DNA of 64,000 bases from Acidobacteriota bacterium (lineage in GTDB: Bacteria > Acidobacteriota > UBA6911 > RPQK01 > JADFOI01): positions 1,376,001 through 1,440,000 of the forward strand of contig OY760074.1 in the NCBI GenBank assembly GCA_963663035.1, read 5' to 3'. Of this stretch, positions 19,355 through 29,845 are shown piece by piece. A model generated the notes under the pieces. That model had not been told where the DNA came from and searched no databases. It was given only the letters and a program-made list of their open reading frames with translations. The first letter of the stretch is position 1. Each line of letters begins with the position of its first letter. The position numbers were made by a program, and so were the translations under genes.

Positions 19355-20993
19355 CCGCAATTATTCATAAGTTTGGGGTGAGTGTCGATTTTCTGCGGAA
19401 GTTCAGGGCTGAGAGTGTGTTCAGGTGCGATTACAAGGCGTCCAAGCTTGTTGAGCCGAATAGAGATGAAGCGAGAGCCCCTTCCGGAAACAGCTCGGCC
19501 CGCAGGGGGCTGTATATCTGTGTTGGCGCAGGGAGTCAGGGGACCGTCAGGTGGGACACAGACGGTGCATCAGTAATGCGAAGAGCTTTTGTTCGGGATA
19601 AGACGATGCCAGGTGCACCCAGATGCGACGAGAAGTTTCCCGAACCCGGGCACCGATTTTGAACAGGCGGCGGCGGAGCGTCTCAATCTCCAGGTTGTGC
19701 CAGGGAGTCCCGCACAGGTAATCCCGCAGGCGCAGGATTAAGACATAGGCCAGGGCGTGGATGAAGAGTCGGAACTGGTTGGCCAGGAAACGGTGGCAGC
19801 TCAAGCGATCCATGGCCAGATCTTTTTTGAAAGCTTTCACGAAGTTCTCGCACTGGCCCCGTCCGATGTAGTGGTCATACAGCTGCCCGGCCGTGAGATC
19901 CTGGCGGTTGGTGACCACAAAGCGACGGTTGAACCCGCGCTCGCTCACTTCCACCTTGGCCACCATGCGCCGCTCCCGGTCCCAACTGTCGGCCTGATAG
20001 ACGAGCTCGGTGAACTGGCGTTGCTTTTCTCCTGAGTCGTCATAGTCTGCTTGCACCTGCTCAACCAAGGGCTCGACGGTGGCCGCCAGCCGGGAGTTGC
20101 GGGCAAAGCCCACCACATACTGCAGTTTTTCCTCCTCACAGAACTCGTACAGTGCCGGCGTCGCAAAGCCACTGTCGGCTCGCACTTCGATCGGAACATC
20201 GGATCCCAGAACCTGGCGCATCCGGGCCACCACCCGTTTGAGAACCGCCACCGCGTGGGCGGCCGCCCCCTGGTTGCCGGGCCGCAGTAGCGCACATACC
20301 AGATCGCCCGTCTCGCCATCGAATAGCAGCAGCGGATGATACATGTGCTCGCGATAATAGCCGTGGTAAAAGCTGAACTCCTGCTGCCCATGCGTGACGT
20401 CATCCGTGCTGTCGATGTCCAGGATGATCTTCTCGGGCCGGCTCTTCTTGCGGTGCTTCAAGTAGGTCTCCAGCAGCCACTGTCCCAGGCGAGTGAGATC
20501 CTTCGAGTCCACCGAGTTCTCCAGTCGCGACAGCGTGGGTTGAGAAGCCAGATCCGGATCGCTTTCCGGCAGCCGATCACACACGGTCTTGAAGATGGGA
20601 TCCGAGCGCAAGCTGTCGGCATCGTTGCAGTCCTCATAGCCGGCCACGATCTGAAAGCTGCGCTGGGTGAGCAGTTCGCGAATCTGGTGGCGGACGTAGC
20701 GGCTATCTCGAGCGTCCTTCAGGCAGGAGGCAAAGCCAGCCGTCAGTCCGTGCTGTTGATCCAGGGCGTACAGACACAGCAGCCCGGCATCGGAGGAGAG
20801 CCGGCCTCCATCGAATCGAGCCACCACTTTTCTGTCAGGGTGAGATGGCAAGTTGATCTGGCAGACTGATGCATCGCTGGGCCGTACCTTTTTGGTTTGG
20901 AGTTGTTTCATAACCCCTTTTATATCAAAGAGGTACGGCATCTTTTTGTGCCCTCGATCAGACCCCTTCTTCAGAATTTATGAATAATCCGGG
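19355..20993 (-). mobile_element. IS1380-family insertion sequence flanked by CTAG
   Basis: Ends CCGCAATTATTCATAA / TTATGAATAATCCGGG, CTAG on both sides, intact transposase inside. Confidence 0.9.
19547..20941 (-). CDS. IS1380 family transposase
   Basis: FDGG.LSSDAG, GYED.ND...LR.DP, ASQPTLSRLEN, DIDST, RADSGF, Y..RG..EN. Confidence 0.95.
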   Translation of the reverse strand: MPYLFDIKGVMKQLQTKKVRPSDASVCQINLPSHPDRKVVARFDGGRLSSDAGLLCLYALDQQHGLTAGFASCLKDARDSRYVRHQIRELLTQRSFQIVAGYEDCNDADSLRSDPIFKTVCDRLPESDPDLASQPTLSRLENSVDSKDLTRLGQWLLETYLKHRKKSRPEKIILDIDSTDDVTHGQQEFSFYHGYYREHMYHPLLLFDGETGDLVCALLRPGNQGAAAHAVAVLKRVVARMRQVLGSDVPIEVRADSGFATPALYEFCEEEKLQYVVGFARNSRLAATVEPLVEQVQADYDDSGEKQRQFTELVYQADSWDRERRMVAKVEVSERGFNRRFVVTNRQDLTAGQLYDHYIGRGQCENFVKAFKKDLAMDRLSCHRFLANQFRLFIHALAYVLILRLRDYLCGTPWHNLEIETLRRRLFKIGARVRETSRRIWVHLASSYPEQKLFALLMHRLCPT

Positions 20994-21049
20994 CTAGACA
21001 CATTACATCGCCAAATCGAGTTACCGCAAGGCTGAACGTGACAATCCCC

Positions 21050-21382
21050 TCACGGATGCGCTGGCGCCTCCTCAGCGGTCGCGCGCGGACGAACATCGAT
21101 CTGTACGTCTACGTGTTGGCCGAGCTTGTTGAGCACGGTCATCAGACGGTCAATGGTGAAGCGGTCAAGCTGCACGTTGCAAATGCGGGTAAAGTCCGCA
21201 TGACTGACACTGGTGCGATCCTCGGCCCTGTGTGTCGAAAGCCCCTCATCGTCAAGAATGCCAATGATGCGGGCAGCCAGAAGCGCCTTGGTCTGCTGCA
21301 CGTCGGCGTCAGCGCGGCCGAAGTCACGGAAGACATTGCCGCTGCCGTACACCAACTCAAAATCGTCGTCTGTTTTGCTCAT
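21050..21382 (-). CDS. XRE/HTH antitoxin (HigA-like); upstream toxin reduced to a C-terminal stub at 21379-~21410
   Basis: GSGNVFRDFG, FTIDRLM..LNKLG; stub LKRLKKELQQ overlaps the start. Confidence 0.8.
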   Translation of the reverse strand: MSKTDDDFELVYGSGNVFRDFGRADADVQQTKALLAARIIGILDDEGLSTHRAEDRTSVSHADFTRICNVQLDRFTIDRLMTVLNKLGQHVDVQIDVRPRATAEEAPAHP

Positions 21383-21430
21383 TGTTGTAACTCCTTCTTC
21401 AACCGTTTAAGCCAGGATTTCCTTTTTGGG

Positions 21431-22257
21431 GGTTCTGGTGCAGACAGCCAAGGGAATTGGCGATAATGGATTATGGCGCACCGCAAAACTGAACGGAATC
21501 CTCTTTTTGCTGGACGTTGGTTCGAAGACGACATCATTCTCCTCTGCCTTCGCTGGTATTTTCGCTTCAAATTAAGTTACCAGGGCCTGGTTGCGATTTT
21601 AGGTGAGCGGGGTTTATCGATTTGGCACTCCACGATTTTGCGTTGGGTCGTTCGTTATGCGGACACGTGTGAAAAGCGCTGGCGGCGATTCGATCGACCG
21701 GTGGGCGGGAGCTGGCGGGTTGATGAAACGTTCATCAAGATTCGGGGCCAGTTGATGTATCTGTACCGCGCCGTGGATGGACAAGGCAACACCGTGGAGT
21801 TCTGTCTGAGTCGGACACGCGGCATTGCGGCGGCGAAGGCCTTCTTTCGCAAGGCACTGAAGCATCGTCGGGAGCCACACAGCATCACCTTGGATGGCCA
21901 CCGGCCGAGCCATAGCGCCCTGCGGCGCATGGGAATGAACGGTGAGTTCAACTTCCGGGGGCGGAACCCGGTGAAGATTCGTTGCTGTCAATACCTGAAC
22001 AACGTTGTGGAGCAGGACCACCGCCGGGGGAAGGGGCGATTGCGCCCGATGTTGGGATTCAAGACGTTCTACAATGCGCGACGTGTCATTATCGGCATCG
22101 AGCTGGCGCAGAAGATTCACAAACGCCAGTTCGCAATTCCGATCACCTTGCAGTCGAATCCCGCCGTGACCTGGCGTCATGTCATGGCAGCATAGTCCGC
22201 ATCGCCGCGGCGCACTCCTAGTCTTATCGCTCCGACAATCCTATCTGCACCAGAACC
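21431..22257 (+). mobile_element. IS6-family insertion sequence
   Basis: IRs GGTTCTGGTGCAGA / TCTGCACCAGAACC; no matching target duplication. Confidence 0.9.
21473..22195 (+). CDS. IS6 family transposase
   Basis: SWRVDETFIKIRG, YLYRAVD, YLNNVVEQDHR. Confidence 0.93.
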   Translation: MAHRKTERNPLFAGRWFEDDIILLCLRWYFRFKLSYQGLVAILGERGLSIWHSTILRWVVRYADTCEKRWRRFDRPVGGSWRVDETFIKIRGQLMYLYRAVDGQGNTVEFCLSRTRGIAAAKAFFRKALKHRREPHSITLDGHRPSHSALRRMGMNGEFNFRGRNPVKIRCCQYLNNVVEQDHRRGKGRLRPMLGFKTFYNARRVIIGIELAQKIHKRQFAIPITLQSNPAVTWRHVMAA

Positions 22258-22699
22258 CGATGGATTGGCTCTCCTGCATTGTCTTCGTCGGCCAATTACC
22301 GACAGGAAAATCGTCCTTGGATACGGGATTTCCAACCGCATCTTTGGTGAAATACAAGGACTTCACGTGATACCAATCAAGTGCGTCGAATATCCTCTTC
22401 CTTTTGGCGTAAGACAGGTTCGATGTCGTATGGTCCAAGGCAATCCTTAACTGCTTGATCATGAGGTTGTACTGTGCGGCCCGAAGCATATCGCCGGGGA
22501 GGGTTGCATCCATGTTGTGGTTAAAAGTTTCCTTCGCCTCCAGCACTCGCCTCCTGCCGTCCGTCAACACTTCCTGTATTTGCTTGACAGCAAGACGTTG
22601 CAAGTGTTTTTGATAAACCCATTTCGCAACGCCTAAAATAATAGTTGCCACCACCGCGGCAATCAGCCCCGCGACCGCGCTCCCTGCTATATCTTCCAT
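22258..22699 (-). pseudogene. Hypothetical membrane-anchored protein, C-terminus truncated by IS6
   Basis: AGGAG RBS, N-terminal TM; frame runs into the IS6 right end. Confidence 0.55.
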
Positions 22700-22919
22700 T
22701 GCCCTCTCTCCTTTCCTGGCTCAAAGAATCACCTCTGACGACCTCTTGGCGAGGTCCGAGTGGTCTGTGTGAGAGTGTCAAACCACTGAAAACCCCTCCC
22801 TGGACCTCTTAACGCGACAGACGCCGCTAGATTGATCCACAGAAGACCCCCCCCCAGAGCAACTATAGCCTTGTGGTGACTCGAATGAGCTACCGAGACA
22901 TCCAACAGACAATCGAGAG

Positions 22920-23051
22920 GGTGCTGTCAAGTTACGGTAGTATTCTAGGGTTTTGGGGGCGGAATCGGTCGGCGCTCGAACGTAAAATCAACAACTTATG
23001 GAGTATCCAGGGCGCTGCGTAGATCCACAAATCGGTTAACTTGACAGTACC
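22920..23051. mobile_element. 132-bp MITE-like element with IS6-like terminal inverted repeats
   Basis: GGTGCTGTCAAGTTA ... TAACTTGACAGTACC (14/15 inverted match). Confidence 0.6.
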
Positions 23052-23187
23052 TGCCTGACACTATGCGGTTCTGTTTCATGCGGCGACTTTCACCCTTGTC
23101 GGCGCAGCTCTTCGCCTATTGCGTTGAAGTACTTGATCTCGAGTGATTCTGGATCCTGGTCCAGATGGTGCTCAAGTTTATAGAGCC

Positions 23188-23395
23188 TGACCTGCCCCCA
23201 CCGAGCCCACCCTCTAAGTTAGACCCGGGACTATTTGAAGTCCACTCCAAGGGATAGGCGACCGCGACCTGGGGAGTTGGGCCTCTGGCGCCGGAGGCCG
23301 ATAGGCCAAGGTGCTGTGAGGCCGACGCTGGTTGTATTCCCTGCGCCATCTCTCGGCCAATACCTTCGCCTCCCACAGTGTGTCGAAGACCGTCT
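23188..23395 (-). mobile_element. IS3-family remnant (3' end of orfB plus terminal repeat)
   Basis: Close homolog of 42302-42510; [23 protein letters not shown]. Confidence 0.85.
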
Positions 23396-23398
23396 GAT

Positions 23399-24751
23399 TC
23401 ACTCCACCTTCGAGGGTCCCTGCCGATTGAGCTTTATCCCGAAGCCGCGGCCCTTGACGATGGCGTCGTCCCCGAATTTTTCCCGTACGGCATCCAGCGC
23501 CTTATCGACCTTGCTACCGGTCGGGCCGAATCCGCTGAAGAGGTCGCCCTGGACAACCTGGCCGATCTCGACAAGATCATGGACACCGATGCCGATCAGG
23601 CGGAAGGCCCGGCCATCGGTTTCGTGGACGAGCAGGGGTTCGGCGGCCTGGAACATCTCTTCTTCTGACTGCGTGGCGCTTTTCAGGCGGTTGTTGCGGG
23701 TGACAATGCGAAAGTCGGCGGTCTTGAGTTTTAGCGTGATGCCTTTGCCAGCGAGGTCGGCCTTTTTCAAGCGCCGAGCCACCGTCTCGGTAAGCTGCCA
23801 CAGGATGGGGCGCAGCCGGTCTAGTTCGGCAGTATCCTTGTCGAGGGTGGTTTCGGACGAGATGCTCTTGACCTTGCCCCCGGGATCGACCCGGCGATCG
23901 TCTTCACCTCGTGCGCACAACGACAACCGTCGCCCGATCTTGCCGTAACGCGCGACAAGTTCAGCTTCGTCGATGCGGGCCAACTCTCCGATCCGAATAA
24001 TGCCGTCCTTGCCGAGGCGCTCTTGCATGGCCTTGCCCACGCCCCACAACAGGCTGACTGGCTTGTCGGCGAGGAAGGTCCTGGCCTCGGCCCGGCCAAT
24101 CACGGCGAAGCCGCGCGGCTTGTCCAAGTCCGAGGCGATCTTGGCGAGGAACTTGTTGTAGCTGAGCCCAATGGAAACAGTGATAGAAAGCTCCTCCTCC
24201 ACCCGGCGAGCCAGCGCCGCCAGGGTCGCCGCCGGGCTGGCGCGATGAAGGGCCTCCGTGCCGGCGAGATCCATGAACGCCTCATCGATGGAGAGCGGTT
24301 CCACTAGAGGGGTTAGGTTCTCCATCATCGTCCGGACCTTACGGCCCACCGCGGCATACTTATTCATATCAGGCTTGATGACCGTGGCGTTGGGGCAGGC
24401 TTTCAAGGCCTTGAACATCGGCATGGCCGAGTGCACGCCATGGGCTCGGGCAATGTAACAACACGCGGCCACGACGCCCCGGTGGTGTCTGCCGACGATC
24501 ACTGGAACATCGCGCAACTCCGGCCGGCCGCGTTTCTCTATGGTGGCGTAGAAAGCGTCGCAGTCGAGATGGGCGATGGTGAGGCCATGAAGCTCCTTGT
24601 GCCGCGCGATGTGCGGCGACCCACAGGCCGGGCAGGTTTTGACATCAGGCGGTGGCTGGGAGTCGCAGTCACGGCACAGAGTTTCCACGGCACGATTATA
24701 GGACTCAATGCGTCCCGCGCGAAAAGGTCCGGGCATGGCGTCCTCCTGCAT
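23399..24751 (-). CDS. dinB: DNA polymerase IV (Y family) with N-terminal Cys4 motif
   Basis: HLDCDAFYATIE, SIDEAFMD, KIASDLDKPRG, ITLKLKTADF; CRDC...CPAC; exact start uncertain. Confidence 0.93.
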   Translation of the reverse strand: MQEDAMPGPFRAGRIESYNRAVETLCRDCDSQPPPDVKTCPACGSPHIARHKELHGLTIAHLDCDAFYATIEKRGRPELRDVPVIVGRHHRGVVAACCYIARAHGVHSAMPMFKALKACPNATVIKPDMNKYAAVGRKVRTMMENLTPLVEPLSIDEAFMDLAGTEALHRASPAATLAALARRVEEELSITVSIGLSYNKFLAKIASDLDKPRGFAVIGRAEARTFLADKPVSLLWGVGKAMQERLGKDGIIRIGELARIDEAELVARYGKIGRRLSLCARGEDDRRVDPGGKVKSISSETTLDKDTAELDRLRPILWQLTETVARRLKKADLAGKGITLKLKTADFRIVTRNNRLKSATQSEEEMFQAAEPLLVHETDGRAFRLIGIGVHDLVEIGQVVQGDLFSGFGPTGSKVDKALDAVREKFGDDAIVKGRGFGIKLNRQGPSKVE

Positions 24752-25045
24752 CCAATCTGTCAGGAAGAACTCTATGACCCTGTACAGGATATGTCAATCA
24801 ATCCAAATGAGAACTCTATTCTGACGCCTTAGCGCCCCGTCCCTGACGTTAGGCTAGGGTATGCCTCAACTGTGGACAGAAGCAAGATAATGCGGGGAAA
24901 AGGGCCGTTGTGAGCCACGAGCGGCTATTCGGAGGGTTGGCGTACAATGTTTCCGTTTTGTGAGGTGACCCCCCTTTGAGCCTGACGCCTGCCCGCTGGA
25001 TTATTGCGTAACCCTTCCTTTGCGCAACCCCTTGCCTGTGGACCC

Positions 25046-26011
25046 TCAATCCAAATAATAGCCGGAGCCGATCAGGATCGGCACCCCAAAGGTGACCACC
25101 CGCTTGACGAAGGACACCTTGCGCTGGGGCATCCCGTTGGAGGGGTTGACCGACGTGTAGTACAGAAAGGTTTCCCCGAATGCTTCCGCCACGGCCACGT
25201 CATCCCGGACGGCGATGGTGGTCAACTCCGAAGGGCTTATGCCCATCCCCCAGTTGTAGGGGTTGCCGGTAAAGAGCGTGTTGCCGTACATGTCCACGCC
25301 AAACAGGTAGATCGAGTGGCTCCTCCAGCGCGGATCGGTGGACAAAGAGACGAGGCCGAAGTATCCCGTCGTCTCCAGCTCCATGGCGGCGCAGCGGACA
25401 AATTCCTGCAGCTTTTGGTTGGACGGATGCTCGTGGATCTGGGTGGCGTTGACCTCTTCCCTCCTGCACGTGCCGGGGAGGTCGCGGCGATACACGCCCG
25501 CGCCGATCGTGGCAAGGGCCCCGTCCCAGTCGATGCTCTTGAGGTAAGAAGCCTTCGGCTCATCCCTGCCGGTCGCCGGGTTCGTGAAGGAGTAGTAGAT
25601 CCAGCCCTCGCCGACCTGGTTCACGATACGATGCTGTTCCCGAAACCAGTCATTGCCGAAGATGTCGATCAGCAGGCCCCACGGCTCCCCTTCCCTTGAG
25701 GGGTCAGGCGGGAAGACGAACACTCGAGACATGTCGGACATCGGGGTCGCTTCGGCGACGAAAACATAGATCTGGCCGCTTCTCCAGCGCGCCTCCTCGT
25801 GGAAGGCTCGGCGGGCCTCCTCAAACCCCATTTCCTGGACGAACTCGTAGGCGCATTGAACGAAGGCCTGGATATCCTCCTGTGTGCGCACGGCGCTAGC
25901 AGTGACGGACTTATCCGCGCAAGACAGGGGTTCATCGCCACCGAGAACCGGTGCGGCAATAGGCGCAGCTTCGAGGGCGGGACGAGGGGAGCTGTTCCAG
26001 AAGCCTAACAA
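25046..26011 (-). CDS. Tandem Cache-domain protein, probably N-terminally truncated
   Basis: Two repeats, each with YxF..., GW/F.YY...NP..G...PK.S.., IG.G.Y. Confidence 0.75.
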   Translation of the reverse strand: MLGFWNSSPRPALEAAPIAAPVLGGDEPLSCADKSVTASAVRTQEDIQAFVQCAYEFVQEMGFEEARRAFHEEARWRSGQIYVFVAEATPMSDMSRVFVFPPDPSREGEPWGLLIDIFGNDWFREQHRIVNQVGEGWIYYSFTNPATGRDEPKASYLKSIDWDGALATIGAGVYRRDLPGTCRREEVNATQIHEHPSNQKLQEFVRCAAMELETTGYFGLVSLSTDPRWRSHSIYLFGVDMYGNTLFTGNPYNWGMGISPSELTTIAVRDDVAVAEAFGETFLYYTSVNPSNGMPQRKVSFVKRVVTFGVPILIGSGYYLD

Positions 26012-26207
26012 ACCCTCCTTTACCTTTACGGAGCCGCGTCCATCGATATCCTTCAGACCATATTCCAGCGGCTGGTATGGCCCACAGGATCGTCCAATTT
26101 ACCGACGGTCATTTCTCCAAAGAGCTGTCGCCCTTGCCCTTGGTATAATCATTGGCGATGATCGAAGATTGCAGACTGATCGGAAATCGCCACCCTGGGA
26201 AACCTCA

Positions 26208-26639
26208 ATGACTTCACCGTTGCGAAGCGTGAATGTTGATCATGTGTCTCGGCTGATGGAAGCCGTCCGTATCGGGGGAGAATTGGACATGGAGAAATTC
26301 CTTCGGGTGGCATCCGATATCGGAGAATATGCGCCTGAAACGGATCTGCGCTACCAACCCAATGGTCTTCCGGGAGCGTCTGACGATACCGAGAGATTCG
26401 AGTGGGTTTCCCGGTGGCTAGGTTTGAAGGATCCAGAAGCCGAAGTCCTGTTCGGTCTCGGCAAACCACGGTACACGCCTTCCGGTATCACGCGTGAGCA
26501 TCTGTTGGCCGTGTTGGAGGCGATCCGCGAAGGTGAGCCGGTGGATCGGGATATCTGGGCCAGGCACGATCCGGATCGGGACCGGAAACTTTCCGGCCTG
26601 CCTCCAAAAACCACGAGCCCACAGGAGGTAGGACCATGA
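26208..26639 (+). CDS. Hypothetical protein (mobile-element-like)
   Basis: Coding-like composition; ATGA overlap with the next gene. Confidence 0.55.
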   Translation: MTSPLRSVNVDHVSRLMEAVRIGGELDMEKFLRVASDIGEYAPETDLRYQPNGLPGASDDTERFEWVSRWLGLKDPEAEVLFGLGKPRYTPSGITREHLLAVLEAIREGEPVDRDIWARHDPDRDRKLSGLPPKTTSPQEVGP

Positions 26640-26878
26640 ACATGAATATGTACGTCTACCGGGTGACTGAAAAGCCGGATTCTGAAAGCGTCGGCGAGCC
26701 GGGAGAGCCATTCGAGGCGTTCAACTTGAGCGAGGCGAAGCGCATCTCAACGCGACGGCAGAAGGTCAAGGGGAGCGTGCTCGTCCTGGAGGATCTGACC
26801 GGCAGGCCACGCGTTGTCTCAACCAAAGGTGCAAGCGGAAAATGGACGGATGAGGAAGAAGAGGAGACGTCCTACTAA
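26636..26878 (+). CDS. Small hypothetical phage/plasmid-like protein
   Basis: GGAGG/AGGA RBS, ATGA coupling, acidic tail. Confidence 0.6.
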   Translation: MNMNMYVYRVTEKPDSESVGEPGEPFEAFNLSEAKRISTRRQKVKGSVLVLEDLTGRPRVVSTKGASGKWTDEEEEETSY

Positions 26879-27021
26879 AGGGGTGTGCAGGCCACAAGGC
26901 ACCTGTTGCGACCTGCATCTCCGAGGCTCTGGACGCCACTTGGTGAGAGTCATCTGGTCGATGCTCACCCAAGAGCGAGATTATTGAGATGCGAGCCTAA
27001 AAAATGCTTGAAAATTCTCGC

Positions 27022-27142
27022 GGGATGTTCAAGTTAACTGGTTGCCGAGGGATCAATCCACCATATAGAGTATCCAGGCGTGGTTTTACTACCGATATTT
27101 CGTAGTTGTCTCAGCTTATGATGCGTTAACTTGGCAATGCCC
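27022..27142. repeat. IS6-like MITE/remnant, copy 2
   Basis: CAAGTTAAC ... GTTAACTTGGCAATGCC; ~100 bp similar to 38849-38950. Confidence 0.6.
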
Positions 27143-27477
27143 CGGCGAACCGCCACTTTTTGGGTGGGAAGGTTCTCAACCAGTAGCCCAGGTTGGCCAC
27201 CTGGCATGCCGCCTTCACTTCATTCAATCCGCACCCTCACACCAGCACTCCGTGGAGGTCCAGAATGGAAAACTCGAATTCCTTTCCCTTATCCCAGAGT
27301 CCCGTCTGTCTCACCACCCACTCAGTCGCTTCAGCTGGTTCATAGGTACTCCCGCACCAGGGCATCCAGGGATGGAGACAATCGATCGATTCCCGAATGG
27401 CCTCTACCAATTCCGGGGGTGTCCTCCTCCCGGTATCGCTGTAGATTGATCAGGTCGGTGTGCAGTTCTTCAATCAT
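27143..27477 (-). pseudogene. RimJ/RimL-type GNAT acetyltransferase pseudogene
   Basis: MIEELHTDLINLQRY.../ELVEAIRESIDCLHPWMPW...EFSILD..G.LV*GCGLN...ANLGYWLR; frameshift, stop and truncation at the MITE. Confidence 0.7.
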
Positions 27478-28867
27478 TCAAGCGGGTTCCGCAACCATCA
27501 AAATCACTGTTCTCCCGTCCCTGCCGTCTTCGGGTCATCGAGAAGACGGCACCGCCGGCAACGACGGTCATCAGGGCCAAGGTCGACTCCAGAGGCCGTC
27601 CCTGAAAGGCCCAGTACATCATCCAGACAGAAACAGACAGAAAAAGTACGGGGGTGAAAGGATACCCCCAGGCACGAAAGGGCCGCTCCAGGTGGGGGTC
27701 TCTGAGACGCAGAACAATAACACAAGAGACGGCCAAACTGGAGAACAAGACCAGCGTGAACCCGGTATACTGTTGAATCTGATCCACCCGGCCCGCCAGG
27801 ATGATCGCCGAGGTGATGATTCCCTGCAGGCAAAGGGCCGTAACCGGCGCGCCGTTGCTTCTGGTTCGAGCCAAAAATGAAAACTGGTGGAAATCAATAC
27901 CCAGAGCATAGTAAACCCTGGGCCCGGCCACCGTCATGGCCGAGACCGCGGCCAGAAGGGAGACAGAGAGAACGACGTTGACCAGTGTGACCCCCGCCGC
28001 TCCGAATAGCGCTCGAGAGGCCACCAGTCCGACCTCCACCTTGCCAGCCAACTCATCCACGTTGGCACCGTACAGATAGACGGCATTCAAACCCAGATAG
28101 AGGACCAGCACAATACCCGTCCCCATCAGAAGCGCCCGCGGAAGATTCCGTTGAGGATCTTTCATTTCTCCAGCCACATAGGCGGCTGCATTCCAGCCCG
28201 AATAACAGAACATGACGAAGATGAAGGATGTTCCGAGGGCAGTCAGGGTCTCCGTTCTACTCAGCTCATAGAACGAGTCGGAGACTCGGGTCAGATTGGA
28301 AAGGTTCCCATTCCCGACCGCTGCGGCTCCCAGCAGGATGATCAGAATGCCAGCAACCTTGAAAAGGGTTACGGCATCATTAAACCCGAGTCCAGATCGG
28401 ACTCCACCTATATGAACAGAGATCAGAAACCAGACAATCGCTATGGCGATCAGGTCGTTCAAAGAGAGACCAAGGCCCAACACCAACTCCTCGCCCAGGA
28501 CCGGGAAGAAATAGGCCAGGTAGCGGACCAGAGCCTTGGCGGCCGAAGCGATCGGCGCCGAAAACCCCGCAATTAATGACACAAAGGCGCTCATGAACCC
28601 CAGGGCCGGTCCGTAGGTTCTGCGCAAATAGACGTATTCACCTCCGGCCTGCGGCATCAGGGCACCCAGCTCCGCATAACAGAGCGCTCCGAAGAGAGCC
28701 AGTACTCCTCCGCAGATCCACAACACGAATATGTAGACGGGATGTCCCAGATCGGCAGCCTGGAAGCCGGTGGTGGTGAAGATTCCGGCGCCGATCATGT
28801 TGGCCACCACTAGCGCCGTGGCCGACCGGAGTCGAATCTGCCTGAAGAGGCTGTGAGTGTCTGACAT
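27470..28867 (-). CDS. APC-family amino acid permease
   Basis: NMIGAGIFTT, YAELG..MPQAGGEY.Y, YSGWNAA.Y.AGE..DP, ~12 TMs. Confidence 0.93.
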   Translation of the reverse strand: MSDTHSLFRQIRLRSATALVVANMIGAGIFTTTGFQAADLGHPVYIFVLWICGGVLALFGALCYAELGALMPQAGGEYVYLRRTYGPALGFMSAFVSLIAGFSAPIASAAKALVRYLAYFFPVLGEELVLGLGLSLNDLIAIAIVWFLISVHIGGVRSGLGFNDAVTLFKVAGILIILLGAAAVGNGNLSNLTRVSDSFYELSRTETLTALGTSFIFVMFCYSGWNAAAYVAGEMKDPQRNLPRALLMGTGIVLVLYLGLNAVYLYGANVDELAGKVEVGLVASRALFGAAGVTLVNVVLSVSLLAAVSAMTVAGPRVYYALGIDFHQFSFLARTRSNGAPVTALCLQGIITSAIILAGRVDQIQQYTGFTLVLFSSLAVSCVIVLRLRDPHLERPFRAWGYPFTPVLFLSVSVWMMYWAFQGRPLESTLALMTVVAGGAVFSMTRRRQGRENSDFDGCGTRLND

Positions 28868-28955
28868 GGACAGACCGTTCCCTTTGCTGCTCACGGGCCA
28901 AGCTCAAACGGGCTGAATGACTGCCTTCGGTCTGTTCCGCCTGGGGCTGCCCTGC

Positions 28956-29618
28956 CTAGCGTCGTCCGAAGACTAGGAAGAATTTGTCCTCGAAAAGATC
29001 GACCTCTTCGATCAGGGTGAGACCAGCGTCCTTCATCCAAGCCTCCACCTCGTCCTGCGAGATATGCATCTCCGGCTGGTCCTTGTGACCGGCATCGGGA
29101 TGATCCCTGATCATATCGATCACTACTATTCGGCCCTCCGGATTCAGGTAGGAGGCCGTTGCCTTCAGGTAATCCTGCCGGTTCTCGATGTGATGAAGGA
29201 CATCATGAAAAAAGGCGACGTCGAGATCTCTTGTCGGAAGCTTCGGATCTTCATACTCTCCCAGGACTGTACTAATGTTTCCAAGATTTTCCTTGGCCGC
29301 CCGCTCGGCGATGATATCGAGAAGGTCCTGATCCACTTCGACGGCAAAGAGAGTACCCGAGGATCCGATAGCCTTGGCGAATGGTCTCGAGAACACGCCC
29401 GTTCCCGCCCCGATATCCGCAACTGTGTCACCCGGCTTTAGACTTAACCCGGCCACCACCTCCTCGATCTTCAGGCCCTGGACCCGCTCTTCTCTTTCGA
29501 GCCTATCGGCCCACTCCTCGGCCGTGCGGCTTCCCAGTTGAAACGCCCACACCGCTGTCACGGAAGTCAGTACTATCCCAACCACCACCAGATTTCTCTT
29601 TAGCTTTGACATCGTCAT
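28956..29618 (-). CDS. Class I SAM-dependent methyltransferase with signal peptide
   Basis: VADIGAGTG.F, DVLHHI, L.PEGRIVVID. Confidence 0.9.
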   Translation of the reverse strand: MTMSKLKRNLVVVGIVLTSVTAVWAFQLGSRTAEEWADRLEREERVQGLKIEEVVAGLSLKPGDTVADIGAGTGVFSRPFAKAIGSSGTLFAVEVDQDLLDIIAERAAKENLGNISTVLGEYEDPKLPTRDLDVAFFHDVLHHIENRQDYLKATASYLNPEGRIVVIDMIRDHPDAGHKDQPEMHISQDEVEAWMKDAGLTLIEEVDLFEDKFFLVFGRR

Positions 29619-29845
29619 CCTCCCTGCTCAGCCAAGAACCAAACACTCACTACTCTCGATTCTGTTAATCCTATTGTGGCAGAGCCTCGTCCCTTTTTAA
29701 AGTCCAGATCTGATTCAAAGACGGATTGCTATCACTGGCGGAAGGATGATCGGCTGACCTGCTCTTGACCGGCTCCAATACCCCAAACTCCGGGTCGATT
29801 TGCCGGCCGCCATGGAACCTGCTACAGGAATATCTAGTCTGCCTG

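Noticed and set aside
24766-24826. Repeated AGAACTCTAT upstream of dinB as a LexA box
   Set aside because: Does not fit GAAC-N7-GAAC spacing.
24848-26009. GTTAGGCT ... AGCCTAAC around the Cache gene as a cassette boundary
   Set aside because: Only an 8-bp match with no attC hairpin; chance is plausible.
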